A DNA stretch of 64,000 bases from an uncultured Candidatus Saccharibacteria bacterium (GTDB lineage: Bacteria; Patescibacteriota; UBA1384; XYA2-FULL-43-10; 1-14-0-10-43-13), in contig CAYQPT010000002.1 of assembly GCA_964419835.1 (NCBI GenBank), forward strand, positions 6,732 to 70,731, written 5' to 3'. Below the pieces are notes generated by a model. That model did no database searches. It saw only the letters and a list, made by a program, of their open reading frames with translations, and had not been told where the DNA came from. The translations under genes were made by a program, and so were the position numbers. Shown in pieces: positions 63,709 to 64,000 of the stretch. The first letter of the stretch is position 1, and every line of letters begins with the position of its first letter.

Positions 63709-64000
63709 CTAATTAACCATTCTCATAAAACTCATGCTCTTTATCTCCCGCTCCAAAATAGATTTGATATAATTCGATAAAATGTTCTCTGCCTCCTCTT
63801 TGATCGGTTTTTTGATATTTAATCGCTCGATAACAGAAAAGTCACTTTGCTCAATTAAGCGAAATAATTTTATTAAATCATTCGAGATCGGCTTGCCATG
63901 ATGAGTTTTTTCTTGGCAGGAGGCACAAACCACCCCGCCCTCTACCGCATCCCAAAAATTTTTTCCAGGGGCTAATTTTTCTTTACAATGAACACAGCCA
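63709..64000 (-). CDS. recO: DNA repair protein RecO, C-terminal part (the gene continues beyond the window edge)
   Basis: The reading frame is open to position 64000. It contains the RecO-type C4 zinc motif (CVHC...(17)...CASC), and recO-glyQS synteny is common. Confidence 0.5.
   Translation of the reverse strand, partial: GCVHCKEKLAPGKNFWDAVEGGVVCASCQEKTHHGKPISNDLIKLFRLIEQSDFSVIERLNIKKPIKEEAENILSNYIKSILEREIKSMSFMRMVN

Noticed and set aside
1-64000. Mobile elements (transposase, integrase, phage genes) and CRISPR arrays
   Set aside because: No ORF with DDE, tyrosine or serine recombinase, terminase or capsid signatures was seen. No repeat-spacer array was seen either.

Overview
This is a gene-dense, AT-rich 64 kb window with most genes on the minus strand. 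The content (small housekeeping genes, a large type IV pilus locus, and a dcw cluster that lacks ftsA/ftsZ, rsmH, murE and ddl in this window) is consistent with a small-genome, possibly CPR/Patescibacteria-like bacterium. That placement is inference only. From left to right the window holds: (1) A large type IV pilus (T4P) locus at 2.3-15.7 kb. It has at least six prepilin-type genes, pilD, pilC, pilT, pilB, a stand-alone GspE-N-domain repeat protein and PilN/PilO-like genes, with trpS, rnhA and a four-helix-bundle gene interspersed. PilM and a secretin are absent. (2) Three consecutive large secreted proteins at 15.9-22.1 kb (LamG-domain, a Gly-rich repeat protein, Kelch beta-propeller). (3) An MGMT-domain protein and two ABC-2 transporter pairs, each next to an intramembrane protease (M50; CPBP). 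Between them lie rpmB, holB, a PSP1/YaaT homologue, a TPR protein and a HIT-like protein. (4) A minus-strand tRNA/rpmG cluster: tRNA-Thr(GGT), tRNA-Tyr, tRNA-Thr(TGT), rpmG, tRNA-Trp. The intact tRNA-Thr(TGT) and tRNA-Trp are each nested between tRNA half-like fragments whose acceptor strands are mutually complementary, with an inverted repeat clamping the inner tRNA. This is the most unusual structure in the window. (5) A creatininase-family gene and a TrpR/YerC-like gene flanked by two copies of a perfect ACTAGT-centred palindrome (a third copy lies at 22.7 kb), plus tRNA-Pro. (6) argS, tyrS, a class A PBP, radA, recJ, and a maf/MazG-like/P-loop nucleotide house-cleaning trio. (7) A dcw cluster in the order ftsQ-murB-murC-murG-ftsW-murD-mraY-murF-ftsI-ftsL-like-mraZ, then glyQS and the 3' part of recO. 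No CRISPR array, transposase or integrase was seen. All calls rest on reading the translated ORFs and the DNA by eye; nothing was searched against a database.
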